Source: an uncultured Marinoscillum sp. (GTDB taxonomy: Bacteria; Bacteroidota; Bacteroidia; Cytophagales; MED-G16). From it: DNA of 64,000 nt. This document shows, one piece after another, positions 10,248 to 18,877 of the stretch. Location of the stretch: NCBI GenBank assembly GCA_902628365.1, contig CACOMW010000004.1:8654-72653 (forward strand), in the 5' to 3' direction. The notes under the pieces are model-generated. The model was given only the letters and a program-made list of their open reading frames with translations, made no database searches and had not been told where the DNA came from. The position numbers and the translations under genes were made by a program. Numbering within the stretch: the stretch's first letter is position 1; each line of letters opens with the position of its first letter.

Positions 10248-11484
10248 TTAAAGCATTTTTGATGTCAAATATTAAGTCATCAGAATCTTCTAGGCCAATT
10301 GATAACCTAACTAATGAATTTGTTATACCTATTCTATTTTTTGTTTTTTCATTAACATCAACATGTGTCATTGTACCAGGATGACAAGCTAAACTCTCAG
10401 TTCCCCCTAAACTTACAGCAAGTTTAATAAGTTTTAAATTGTCAAGAAACCTATAAGCATTATCCAAATTACCTTTAACATAAATTGTTATCATGGCACC
10501 ACCTGACCCATATTGTTTTTTATAAAGTTTATACTGTTTATTTGATTTGCTTATTAATCCTAAATAATTAACTTTTTCAATTTTAGGATGTTTTACCAAG
10601 TATTTGGCGATTTTTAGAGCTGTTTCAGCTTCCTTTTCCATTCTTATTTTAAGAGTTTCTAGACTCCTTAATAGTAACCAACTAGTAAATGGACTTGATA
10701 TATTTCCAAAAAATACTCTAGACGATTTAATTCTATCTATTACAGACTTTTTCCCTAGTGCTGCTCCAGCGACGATATCACTATGTCCACCAAGGTATTT
10801 AGTAACTGAATATAATACGACATCTGCTCCAAAATCTATTGGTTTAGACCAAATTGGACCCATAAAAGTATTATCAATTAATAATAGTGCCTTGTTTTTT
10901 TTTGTAGATAATTTTTTTGCTAATTCTGAACATTTTTCAATATCAATGATTTGATTTGTAGGGTTAGCTGGACTTTCTATATAAACTATATTTACATCAA
11001 TATCTCCAAATTTTTTTTTCTTTTCTGATATAATTTTATCTAAAGAATCATTATCATCAAATTCCATGGAAGAAATATTATATTTTGGTAAAACATCTTT
11101 AATAAAGTGATTAGTTCCACCATATAAAGTTGAAGAATGTAAAATTAGACCACCTGGTTTTGATAATTCAAGAATTGATGTAGAAATAGCAGCCATTCCA
11201 CTTTGAAAAAGAGCACAAGATTCAGCTTTATCCCATAATTTTAATCTTTCTTCAGCAATTTCAGCATTGGGATTATTGATTCTGGCATATGATAAAGGTA
11301 AATCTTCAGAATTTTTCTTTTTTCTTAATCCATAGGCAACCTCAAAATAAGCTCTTCCTTCTTTGGAATTCTTAAAAACAAAAGTACTTGTTTGAAATAA
11401 GGGTGTTTTGGCTGCTCCTTCTGATAAATGAGGATCATAACCATAAGACATCATTTCACTTTCCGGTTTATTCTTCTTTTCCAA
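10234..11484 (-). CDS. Cys/Met-metabolism PLP-dependent enzyme (methionine gamma-lyase / cystathionine gamma-synthase family)
   Basis: PLP-lysine motif YSVTKYLGGHSD. Family-typical ...PNAEIAEERL... and GGTESL...HP segments. Confidence 0.75.
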   Translation of the reverse strand: MEKKNKPESEMMSYGYDPHLSEGAAKTPLFQTSTFVFKNSKEGRAYFEVAYGLRKKKNSEDLPLSYARINNPNAEIAEERLKLWDKAESCALFQSGMAAISTSILELSKPGGLILHSSTLYGGTNHFIKDVLPKYNISSMEFDDNDSLDKIISEKKKKFGDIDVNIVYIESPANPTNQIIDIEKCSELAKKLSTKKNKALLLIDNTFMGPIWSKPIDFGADVVLYSVTKYLGGHSDIVAGAALGKKSVIDRIKSSRVFFGNISSPFTSWLLLRSLETLKIRMEKEAETALKIAKYLVKHPKIEKVNYLGLISKSNKQYKLYKKQYGSGGAMITIYVKGNLDNAYRFLDNLKLIKLAVSLGGTESLACHPGTMTHVDVNEKTKNRIGITNSLVRLSIGLEDSDDLIFDIKNALNECK

Positions 11485-11502
11485 TTACTTATTATTAAAA
11501 TA

Positions 11503-12075
11503 TTATCCTTTAAGTTTTCCTTTTTTCCAATCTCCAGACATTTTAGTTCCATCAGGTAATGTTAATGTACCTTGCCCGTGTGGTTTCCAATTTTTGAATT
11601 TTCCTTCATATATGTTGCCGTTATTATATACCATTTTTCCTGAGCCATTTATCGCTCCATTATTAAACTGTCCAGTATATTCGTCTCCAGTATTAAACTT
11701 CATTTTCCCATTACCATGAGGTTTGCTAAACTGAAATTGGCCTTCATACACTCCACCATCAGAAAAAACTTGAGTTCCATTTCCATGTTTATAATTATCT
11801 TTCCAATCCCCTTCATATTTTTCACCATTAGAGGTTGTAAATACGCCATAACCATTCCTTAACCCTTCAACAAATTCCCCTTCATAAATACGACCATCAT
11901 TAAAAGATAATTTTCCTTTTCCATGATAAAGTCCGTCTTTTAAATTCCCTTCATATTCACCTTTATCTACATCTCCAATTACACCGCTAGAAGCTTGATT
12001 CACGACATTAACTTGAGCTAAAACTAAATTAATATTAAATAGTAATATTATATTTAAATAAAATATATTTTTCAT
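11503..12075 (-). CDS. secreted MORN-repeat protein
   Basis: Signal peptide, then about 7 MORN repeats of the form YEGxFxxGxxHGxGxxxFxxG (e.g. YEGEFVEGLRNGYGVFTTSNGEKYEGDWKDNYKHGNG). Confidence 0.75.
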   Translation of the reverse strand: MKNIFYLNIILLFNINLVLAQVNVVNQASSGVIGDVDKGEYEGNLKDGLYHGKGKLSFNDGRIYEGEFVEGLRNGYGVFTTSNGEKYEGDWKDNYKHGNGTQVFSDGGVYEGQFQFSKPHGNGKMKFNTGDEYTGQFNNGAINGSGKMVYNNGNIYEGKFKNWKPHGQGTLTLPDGTKMSGDWKKGKLKG

Positions 12076-12163
12076 ATAATTAAAGCTAATTATATAGTCT
12101 CATATTTCAAAAAATAGAAAGATTTAATATCTTAGTTATATTAAAATCAAAGAATTTATTTAT

Positions 12164-12541
12164 ATGAAACCTAAAATAACTTTATTAATTATAGGATCTT
12201 TAATGGTTTTGCAGTCATTAGGATTTATGTTTTTTGCTGATAGCCTTATTGATGGTGTGTTAAATGCAGGAGAAGAAGCAATTAGGGTAGGGGTGTTATT
12301 ACATAATGCGTTTGCTCCAGCTTTTCTAATGATTGGATTAATGTTAATTTTTGCTAGAGACTTTGGGATTGAAAGTCAAAGAAAGGTTTTATTAGCCATG
12401 ATAATAGGTTATGTACCTCTTTTTATTGTTTTTTATAATTTTTCATTATTAGAAATAATTAATGTTAGTATACCAGCTATGGTTCCTGATTTTTTAATTT
12501 TTAGTTTAGCCTTATTTACTTATTTAAAGCCAAAAACTTAA
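12164..12541 (+). CDS. hypothetical integral membrane protein (about 4 TM)
   Basis: ORF with four hydrophobic segments and no recognisable motif. Confidence 0.45.
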   Translation: MKPKITLLIIGSLMVLQSLGFMFFADSLIDGVLNAGEEAIRVGVLLHNAFAPAFLMIGLMLIFARDFGIESQRKVLLAMIIGYVPLFIVFYNFSLLEIINVSIPAMVPDFLIFSLALFTYLKPKT

Positions 12542-12546
12542 AAAAT

Positions 12547-12753
12547 TTAATTACATGCACCATTAGTATAATATGTTGCGCCCGCTCTTTGAGCATAACA
12601 AGCATTTGAGTAAGTCACATTGTTGCAGCCGCATACTGGTTCATATTGTTCAGTGCAAATTAAATTATCATTTTTTCTCTCCAAACATTCATGTTTAGTG
12701 CAAGAAGCAAAAGGAATCAGAATTATAATTGATATAGCTAAAATGTATTTCAT
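12547..12753 (-). CDS. small Kazal-type serine protease inhibitor-like lipoprotein
   Basis: Lipobox PFASC, then six further Cys. Kazal core C-x7-C-G-x-N-x-x-T-Y-x-N-x-C seen as CTEQYEPVCGCNNVTYSNAC, ending ...GAC. Confidence 0.65.
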   Translation of the reverse strand: MKYILAISIIILIPFASCTKHECLERKNDNLICTEQYEPVCGCNNVTYSNACYAQRAGATYYTNGACN

Positions 12754-12955
12754 TTTTAAAAATTAAAAATAATGTAGGTTAATCTCTAATTTATTTCTTA
12801 TTTATTAATATTGTCTTCTTAAAATTTAATATTTATTATATAACTAATTTAAAAAAATAAAAGAGCTTTTTTTAAGCTCTATTATTTTATATTTAAAAAC
12901 ATTTTAAATTCAGATATTGATTTATTAATTTAAGGTTTAAATACTACTATATTAA

Positions 12956-14038
12956 TTGGGACTCTTACTTCTCTATTGTTTCTTAACTATTTTTCTTTCA
13001 TTTCTATGCTCTATTTTAGAAGCAGTATTGCTAAGTATAAATACTACTTTTGTAAAAATTAAAATTAAAGAGGGTAAAAAATATGCTGAAAATCTTCAGA
13101 AGCTTAAAAATTCAATTGATGAACCTTTAGTAATCATACTTACTCTTAATACTATAGCGCATACCGTAGGCGCCATTATGGTAGGTGTTCAGGCAAAAAT
13201 TACTTATGCCTCACTAAATGTTAACAATAGTTACACTTTTTTCGGAAATCAAATAACAGAAGATTATTTAATTGGTTTTGTTTCGACAGTAATGACGATT
13301 TTAATCTTACTTTTATCTGAAATTATTCCCAAAACTATAGGAGCAAAATATTGGGATAAATTAGCAGGTGCAACAACTGTTATATTAATGTCAATAATTC
13401 CAATTTTTAGATATTCAGGAATACTTTGGGTGCTTAAATTCTTTACGGACTTGATAGGAAACTCAAATATGAAAGCAGTTCTTAAAAGAGAAGATATTTC
13501 AACTTTAGCAGAAATTGCTGAAGAACAAGGTGTTATAAAAGAAAAAGATTCTGACTTTATTAAAAATATTGTAAAGCTTCAAAATGTTAAGCTTAGAGAA
13601 ATTATGACACCTTTTTCTGTAATTAAATCTGCAGATATAAATTCTACAATTGAACAATTTTATTCCAAAAATCAAAAACTACCATATTCAAGAATTCCTG
13701 TTTACTTAAAAGATAGAGATGATATAAATCATTATGTCTTAAAAGATACAATCCTTGAAAGATTAATTCAAAAAAAAGGTAAAATGAAATTGGGTGAGAT
13801 TAAAAGACCTATAATAAAAACTTATTTTGAAACAAAAATTCCATTTTTATTTGATAAACTTCTTAAAAAACGTGAGCATATTTCATTAGTTATTGATGAG
13901 TATGGATCAGTTAGAGGTATTGTAACTTTAGAAGATATTATTGAAACATTATTAGGCCTTGAGATTGTTGATGAGACCGATACTGTTGTAGACTTACAAG
14001 CTTTAGCAAAAAAGCGAGGTAAAAAATACTTAAAATAG
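12956..14038 (+). CDS. CNNM/HlyC-CorC family transporter (DUF21 TM domain + CBS pair)
   Basis: N-terminal DUF21-type TM region (ILEAVLLSIN) followed by CBS-pair segments (REIMTPFSVIKSAD...; ISLVIDEYGSVRGIVTLEDIIE). TTG start, with no upstream in-frame ATG. Confidence 0.75.
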   Translation: MGLLLLYCFLTIFLSFLCSILEAVLLSINTTFVKIKIKEGKKYAENLQKLKNSIDEPLVIILTLNTIAHTVGAIMVGVQAKITYASLNVNNSYTFFGNQITEDYLIGFVSTVMTILILLLSEIIPKTIGAKYWDKLAGATTVILMSIIPIFRYSGILWVLKFFTDLIGNSNMKAVLKREDISTLAEIAEEQGVIKEKDSDFIKNIVKLQNVKLREIMTPFSVIKSADINSTIEQFYSKNQKLPYSRIPVYLKDRDDINHYVLKDTILERLIQKKGKMKLGEIKRPIIKTYFETKIPFLFDKLLKKREHISLVIDEYGSVRGIVTLEDIIETLLGLEIVDETDTVVDLQALAKKRGKKYLK

Positions 14039-14044
14039 TTTCTT

Positions 14045-14302
14045 TCATTTAAAAAAATATTTTATATCACCCTTATGAAATAATGCGTTATCATTTAAAA
14101 ATGAACGTTCGTTAATTATTTTATCATATCTTTTTGCTAATCTGTAATTTTCATAAATATCTATATTTTTAGTTCTTATTAAATTAGATTTTACTAATCT
14201 TAAAAATTTAGAGCGAAATCCTCTATTATATCTCTTACCAGTAATTTTTTCTATATATATTTTAGTATGCTCCCAATCTAAATACAATTTATTATTGCTC
14301 AT
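14045..14302 (-). CDS. hypothetical small basic protein (85 aa)
   Basis: ORF only; fills the gap between flanking genes. Confidence 0.35.
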   Translation of the reverse strand: MSNNKLYLDWEHTKIYIEKITGKRYNRGFRSKFLRLVKSNLIRTKNIDIYENYRLAKRYDKIINERSFLNDNALFHKGDIKYFFK

Positions 14303-14324
14303 TTAATAACCTATTTAATATCTT

Positions 14325-14332
14325 TATTTTTG
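14325..14332 (+). promoter_or_regulatory. candidate Bacteroidota -7 box (TAnnTTTG)
   Basis: TATTTTTG lies 15 nt upstream of the ATG at 14347. Confidence 0.3.
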
Positions 14333-14346
14333 AGTAGAATTTAAAT

Positions 14347-14580
14347 ATGAAAAAAACAAAACTCATTTGGGATTTTAGGGGGCCTTATGGGAAAAATACA
14401 GCTATTCACTATGAAAAACATTTAAGAGAGTTTTTTATCGTCAAAAAGATAAAGTTAATTAAATCTGGAATAGAAGTTATAAATGAATTTCACCATTCTT
14501 CTTATGTAATTATTTTAAATGAAAATTTAGAAACAATTAGATCAAAACTTAAACCCAATAGAGAGGAAAATTTAAATTAA
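14347..14580 (+). CDS. hypothetical small protein (77 aa)
   Basis: ORF preceded by a TAnnTTTG box; no motif recognised. Confidence 0.4.
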   Translation: MKKTKLIWDFRGPYGKNTAIHYEKHLREFFIVKKIKLIKSGIEVINEFHHSSYVIILNENLETIRSKLKPNREENLN

Positions 14581-14621
14581 TATATACTTTAATTTAATAT
14601 ATATAACTGTTTGATCTTGAA

Positions 14622-15986
14622 TTATTTACCGATACAAAACTTAGAGAATATATTACCTAATATTTCATCATTGGTAATTTCACCAGTAATTTCTCCTAAA
14701 TAATTTAATGCATATTTAACGTCCATTGCTAACAGGTCAGTATTTGATTTATTTTTAATATTATTTTTAACATTTAAAAGTGAATCTTTTACCTTTTTTA
14801 GTAATTGATAATGTCTTTCGTTAATCATAATTGATGATTCTTCTCTAATTAGATTAAGGTTTATATAATTTTCAATTAATTTTTTTAGCTTAAGTACATC
14901 TTTTTCTTTGATTCCACTAATTATTAAATGCTTTTTATTTTTAAAATATGTTTTCACATCATCTTTTATTTTTAAATCTCCTTTATTTCCTATAATAAGA
15001 ATGTTTTTATCTTTTAAAAAATTACTTTCTAACTCCGATTTAATACTTTTTATATTACTAACATTTAAATCAATAATATAAAGTATTATTGAAGCTTCCT
15101 TAGTTTTTTTTAGAGCCTTTTCTATACCAATTTTTTCAATTTTATCTATAGTATTTCTTATACCGGCTGTATCTATAAATCTTACTATATTTCCACCAAT
15201 TGTAATTGTATCTTCTATTATATCTCTTGTTGTGCCTGGAATATCAGAAATAATAGCTTTTTCTTCGTTTAAAAGAGCATTTAATATTGTTGATTTACCA
15301 ACATTGGGTTTACCTAAAATAATAATATTAATACCATCTTTTATAACATTATTTAATTTAAAACTATCTATTATAATATCAGAATAATCTATAATTTCAT
15401 TAACTGTTTCATTTAACTTTTTCCTATTAGCAAATTCAACATCTTCTTCAGAAAAATCTAACTCTAATTCTAATAAGCTTGAAAAATCAATCAAATCTTT
15501 TCTTAATTCTTTTATTTTATTAGAGAAAACCCCCTTAATATGATTAATTGCCAATTTATGTGAATTTTTTGAATTAGATGAAATAATATCAGCTACTGCT
15601 TCAGCCTGAGATAAATCCATATTACCATTTATAAAAGACCTGAAGGTAAATTCTCCTTTATTTGCAATTCTAGCACCTAGATTAATTGTTATAGTAATTA
15701 TTTTTTTTATAATATATGAAGATCCATGACAAGAAATTTCAATAAGATTTTCTTTAGTATAGGAATTTGGAGCTTTAAAGACAGAAACTAAAACCTCATC
15801 AATTACTTCATCTTTATGGATTATATCACCAAAATGTATAGTATGAGACTTTACTTTATTTAAATCTTTATTAGGGAAGACTTTATTAGCTATTTTAATT
15901 GCATCTTTACCTGTTAATCTTATAATAGCTATAGCACTTTCTCCATATGCAGTTGATTGAGCTACTATTGTATCATATATATTCAT
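14622..15986 (-). CDS. mnmE: tRNA modification GTPase MnmE (TrmE)
   Basis: G1 GKPNVGKSTILNAL, G3 DTAGIR, NKGD, and the signature C-terminus FCIGK. Confidence 0.9.
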   Translation of the reverse strand: MNIYDTIVAQSTAYGESAIAIIRLTGKDAIKIANKVFPNKDLNKVKSHTIHFGDIIHKDEVIDEVLVSVFKAPNSYTKENLIEISCHGSSYIIKKIITITINLGARIANKGEFTFRSFINGNMDLSQAEAVADIISSNSKNSHKLAINHIKGVFSNKIKELRKDLIDFSSLLELELDFSEEDVEFANRKKLNETVNEIIDYSDIIIDSFKLNNVIKDGINIIILGKPNVGKSTILNALLNEEKAIISDIPGTTRDIIEDTITIGGNIVRFIDTAGIRNTIDKIEKIGIEKALKKTKEASIILYIIDLNVSNIKSIKSELESNFLKDKNILIIGNKGDLKIKDDVKTYFKNKKHLIISGIKEKDVLKLKKLIENYINLNLIREESSIMINERHYQLLKKVKDSLLNVKNNIKNKSNTDLLAMDVKYALNYLGEITGEITNDEILGNIFSKFCIGK

Positions 15987-16099
15987 TGTATGTTTAATTA
16001 AAAATAAAAAATTAAAATAATAAATAAGTTTTTAATAATTAAGAATTAATTAGCTTCTAATTATAAGAAAAACAAAAAAATATAATTATCTAATTTTAT

Positions 16100-16948
16100 T
16101 CAACCTAAAGCAACATCTAAACACATCATAACAATAAATCCTGCTATTAATCCCATTGTAGCTAAATCTGTGTTGCCACCTCTTTGACTTTCAGGAATAA
16201 CTTCCTCAACTACAATAAAAATCATAGCTCCAGCTGCAAAAGCTAAAGCATAAGGTAATATAGGATAAACCATCATAACAAAAGCAGCTCCTATTATAGC
16301 AAAAATTGGTTCAACAATTGCAGATAATTGGCCCCATTTCCATGATTTAATTTTACTAAAGCCAGCTCTTCTTAATGGCATTGATACTGCAAATCCCTCA
16401 GGGAAATTTTGAATTCCTATACCCATTCCTAATGCAACAGCAGATCCCAAACTAAAAACAGAAGAAAATTCTGGTGAAGCTAAAGCGCCAAACGCTACTC
16501 CTACAGCTAATCCTTCAGGAATATTATGGATAGCTATCGCCAATACTAAAAGTGAAGTTTTTTTAAGATCTGTTTTTGGACCTTCAGCCTCTTCTATTTT
16601 TCCAAAAATATGTAGATGAGGAATTGATTTATCTAAAAAATACATGAAAAAAGCTCCGAAAAAAAACCCAATTGCTGGAGGTAAAAATGATGGTAAAGTT
16701 GATTTTCCTAGTTCATTTTGAATTTCAACAGCTTCTATAGCAGGAGATAATAATGACCAAAAACTTGCTGCAATCATTACTCCTCCAGTAAAACCAAGAG
16801 CTGCATCTAAAAGTTTCCTATTAGAGGATTTAAAGAAAAAAACTAATGCAGCACCAAATGCAGTAAGTATCCAAGTAAATAAACCAGCATATAATGCTTG
16901 TAATATTGGTGAAGTTTGTGATTCGAAAAAATTAAGTATACTTTCCAT
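16100..16948 (-). CDS. ZIP family divalent metal transporter (ZupT-like)
   Basis: Multi-TM protein with HNIPEGLAVG and QNFPEGFAVS motifs. Starts 1 nt after the stop of the DtxR-family gene. Confidence 0.8.
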   Translation of the reverse strand: MESILNFFESQTSPILQALYAGLFTWILTAFGAALVFFFKSSNRKLLDAALGFTGGVMIAASFWSLLSPAIEAVEIQNELGKSTLPSFLPPAIGFFFGAFFMYFLDKSIPHLHIFGKIEEAEGPKTDLKKTSLLVLAIAIHNIPEGLAVGVAFGALASPEFSSVFSLGSAVALGMGIGIQNFPEGFAVSMPLRRAGFSKIKSWKWGQLSAIVEPIFAIIGAAFVMMVYPILPYALAFAAGAMIFIVVEEVIPESQRGGNTDLATMGLIAGFIVMMCLDVALG

Positions 16949-16949
16949 A

Positions 16950-17612
16950 TTAATTAATTTTAGTTACCAAAATATTTTCAGCTACTCTATTTGAAATAAA
17001 AACTTTATTTCTAGAATCAATTTCTATTTCAAGAGATTTGTCAAAATCAATAACATCAAACACTTTTATTTTACATCCGATATGAATTTTTATTTTATTT
17101 AAATATTCTAAAAGATTGCCATCCTCATCATTAACATTACTAACAATACATACATCTTTAATTGATAAATTTGAAAGTTTTATTATTTGTTTAATATCTA
17201 TTTTACCATCTTTATTTGGTATTGGGTCACCATGAGGATCAATTTTAGGATATTTTAAATATTTATCTAATTTATCAATTAATTTTTCATTTGAAATATG
17301 CTCAAGTTCTTCAGCAATTTTATGAACCTCATCCCATTTAAATTTAAGTTTTTCATACAAAAAAACTTCCCAAAGTCGATGTTTTCTAATTATCTGTATT
17401 GCTAATTTTTTACCATTAGAAGATATATTTGTACCTTTATATTTTTTATGATAAAGTAATTTTTTGACAGTTAATTTTTTTATCATATCTGTCACTGAAG
17501 ATGGTTTTGTTTTTAAAAATTTTGATATTGAATTCGTTGAAACTTGCTTTTTTCCTGAATCAGACAAATTAAAAATTGTTTTTAAATAATTTTCTTCAGA
17601 TATTGATAACAT
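16950..17612 (-). CDS. DtxR/MntR family metal-dependent transcriptional repressor with C-terminal FeoA/SH3-like domain
   Basis: SISEENYLKTIF N-terminus, HTH region, RKHRLWEVFL dimerisation/metal-site helix, and a C-terminal beta-rich domain. Confidence 0.8.
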   Translation of the reverse strand: MLSISEENYLKTIFNLSDSGKKQVSTNSISKFLKTKPSSVTDMIKKLTVKKLLYHKKYKGTNISSNGKKLAIQIIRKHRLWEVFLYEKLKFKWDEVHKIAEELEHISNEKLIDKLDKYLKYPKIDPHGDPIPNKDGKIDIKQIIKLSNLSIKDVCIVSNVNDEDGNLLEYLNKIKIHIGCKIKVFDVIDFDKSLEIEIDSRNKVFISNRVAENILVTKIN

Positions 17613-17618
17613 ATTTTA

Positions 17619-17654
17619 TTAGGCTTGTCAAATAAATATTTTAGACAAATCTAA
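17619..17654. promoter_or_regulatory. candidate operator: imperfect inverted repeat upstream of the DtxR-family/ZIP operon
   Basis: TTAGGCTTGTC (17619-17629) and GACAAATCTAA (17644-17654) match 9/11 as an inverted repeat with a 14-nt AT spacer. TTAGG resembles the DtxR-box half-site start. Confidence 0.35.
17646..17653 (-). promoter_or_regulatory. candidate -7 box (TAGATTTG on minus strand) for the DtxR-family/ZIP operon
   Basis: Plus-strand CAAATCTA is TAGATTTG on the minus strand, 34 nt upstream of the start at 17612. It lies inside the right arm of the inverted repeat. Confidence 0.35.
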
Positions 17655-17677
17655 AAATTATTTTTTGTTTAAAAAAA

Positions 17678-18265
17678 ATGAATATAAAATATTTCTTTCT
17701 TTTTTTAATAATTATTTCTTGTACAAATAATGATGCGCAGAAAGGGGATAACTTATATAATAATAAGAACTACATTAATGCTATTGAATATTATAATCAG
17801 TCTATAAAACTAAATCCAAATAATGTAAAATCAATATACAGAAGAGGAAGGTCATATGAGGAAATCGGAAAGTACAAAAAGGCATATGATGATTATATGA
17901 AAGTAATATCTATTGATAAAAAATACACTTCTGCTTATTTAAGTATTGCTATTTATCATCACCGGAATTCAGATTTTTTATTATCTGAATCTTATTCTAA
18001 AAAAGCAATTAAAATTAATAGTGATCTTTACTTAGCTCATTATTGGTTAGGAAGATCTTATCAAAATCAAGGAAATTTTAATGAAGCAATGAAATCATTT
18101 AATAATTCAATATCATTAAATAAAAATTTTCCAGAAAATTATTTTTACAAAGGAATTATTTTCTTGTCTTTAAATGACTCAAATAAGGCTTGTAAAAACT
18201 TTTTGATTTCGAAATCGTTAAACTTTATTGAATCTACTGATTTGTTAGAAAAATATTGTAGATAA
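17678..18265 (+). CDS. TPR-repeat lipoprotein
   Basis: Lipobox IIISC. Several TPR units (NYINAIEYYNQSIKLNPNN..., GNFNEAMKSFNNSISLNKNF...). Confidence 0.7.
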   Translation: MNIKYFFLFLIIISCTNNDAQKGDNLYNNKNYINAIEYYNQSIKLNPNNVKSIYRRGRSYEEIGKYKKAYDDYMKVISIDKKYTSAYLSIAIYHHRNSDFLLSESYSKKAIKINSDLYLAHYWLGRSYQNQGNFNEAMKSFNNSISLNKNFPENYFYKGIIFLSLNDSNKACKNFLISKSLNFIESTDLLEKYCR

Positions 18266-18286
18266 TTGTATTTGATTTTTTTATAA

Positions 18287-18877
18287 ATGAATATTATAAT
18301 TTCAATAATCCTATTTACTTTCTTAAATTTTTATAATATGAATTACAAAACTGCTACTTTTGGATCTGGTTGTTTTTGGTGTACCGAAGCAATTTTTGAA
18401 ATTGTTGAAGGAGTCAAGACTGTTAAGTCTGGTTATTCAGGTGGTAATTACACTAACCCAACTTATAAATTAGTTACCTCAGGCATTACTAATCATGCTG
18501 AAGTTGTTCAAATTGAATATGATCCAAACATTATAAGTTATGCAGAACTATTAGAGATATTTTGGAAAACTCATGATCCTACAACAATAAATAGACAAGG
18601 AAATGATGTTGGCACTCAATACAGATCAATTATCTTATATCATAATGAGGAGCAAAAAAAATTAGCAAATGAATATAAGATAAAGCTTGATAAATCTGGA
18701 GCATATGATAAACCATTAGTAACTCAAATTGAAAAATTTGATAAGTTTTTTTTAGCAGAAGATTATCATCAAGATTATTATAGCTTGAATTCAAACCAGC
18801 CTTATTGTTCTTTTGTAATAAAACCAAAACTTGAAAAATTCAAAAAAGTTTTTAATTCAAAATTAAAAAAATTATAA
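18287..18877 (+). CDS. msrA: peptide-methionine (S)-S-oxide reductase MsrA
   Basis: Active-site GSGCFWCTEA and HDPTT...GNDVGTQYRS. The ATG at 18287 adds a 17-aa hydrophobic leader; an alternative ATG is at 18338. Confidence 0.85.
   Translation: MNIIISIILFTFLNFYNMNYKTATFGSGCFWCTEAIFEIVEGVKTVKSGYSGGNYTNPTYKLVTSGITNHAEVVQIEYDPNIISYAELLEIFWKTHDPTTINRQGNDVGTQYRSIILYHNEEQKKLANEYKIKLDKSGAYDKPLVTQIEKFDKFFLAEDYHQDYYSLNSNQPYCSFVIKPKLEKFKKVFNSKLKKL

Noticed and set aside
14045-14580. Possible toxin-antitoxin pair (two small adjacent ORFs)
   Set aside because: The genes are divergent rather than co-transcribed, and neither resembles a known toxin or antitoxin fold by motif.
16047-16061. Hairpin AATTAG-CTT-CTAATT downstream of the ZIP gene as a terminator
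   Set aside because: It is a 6-bp stem that is almost all A/T, with no U-tract on the relevant (minus) strand. That is too weak to call.
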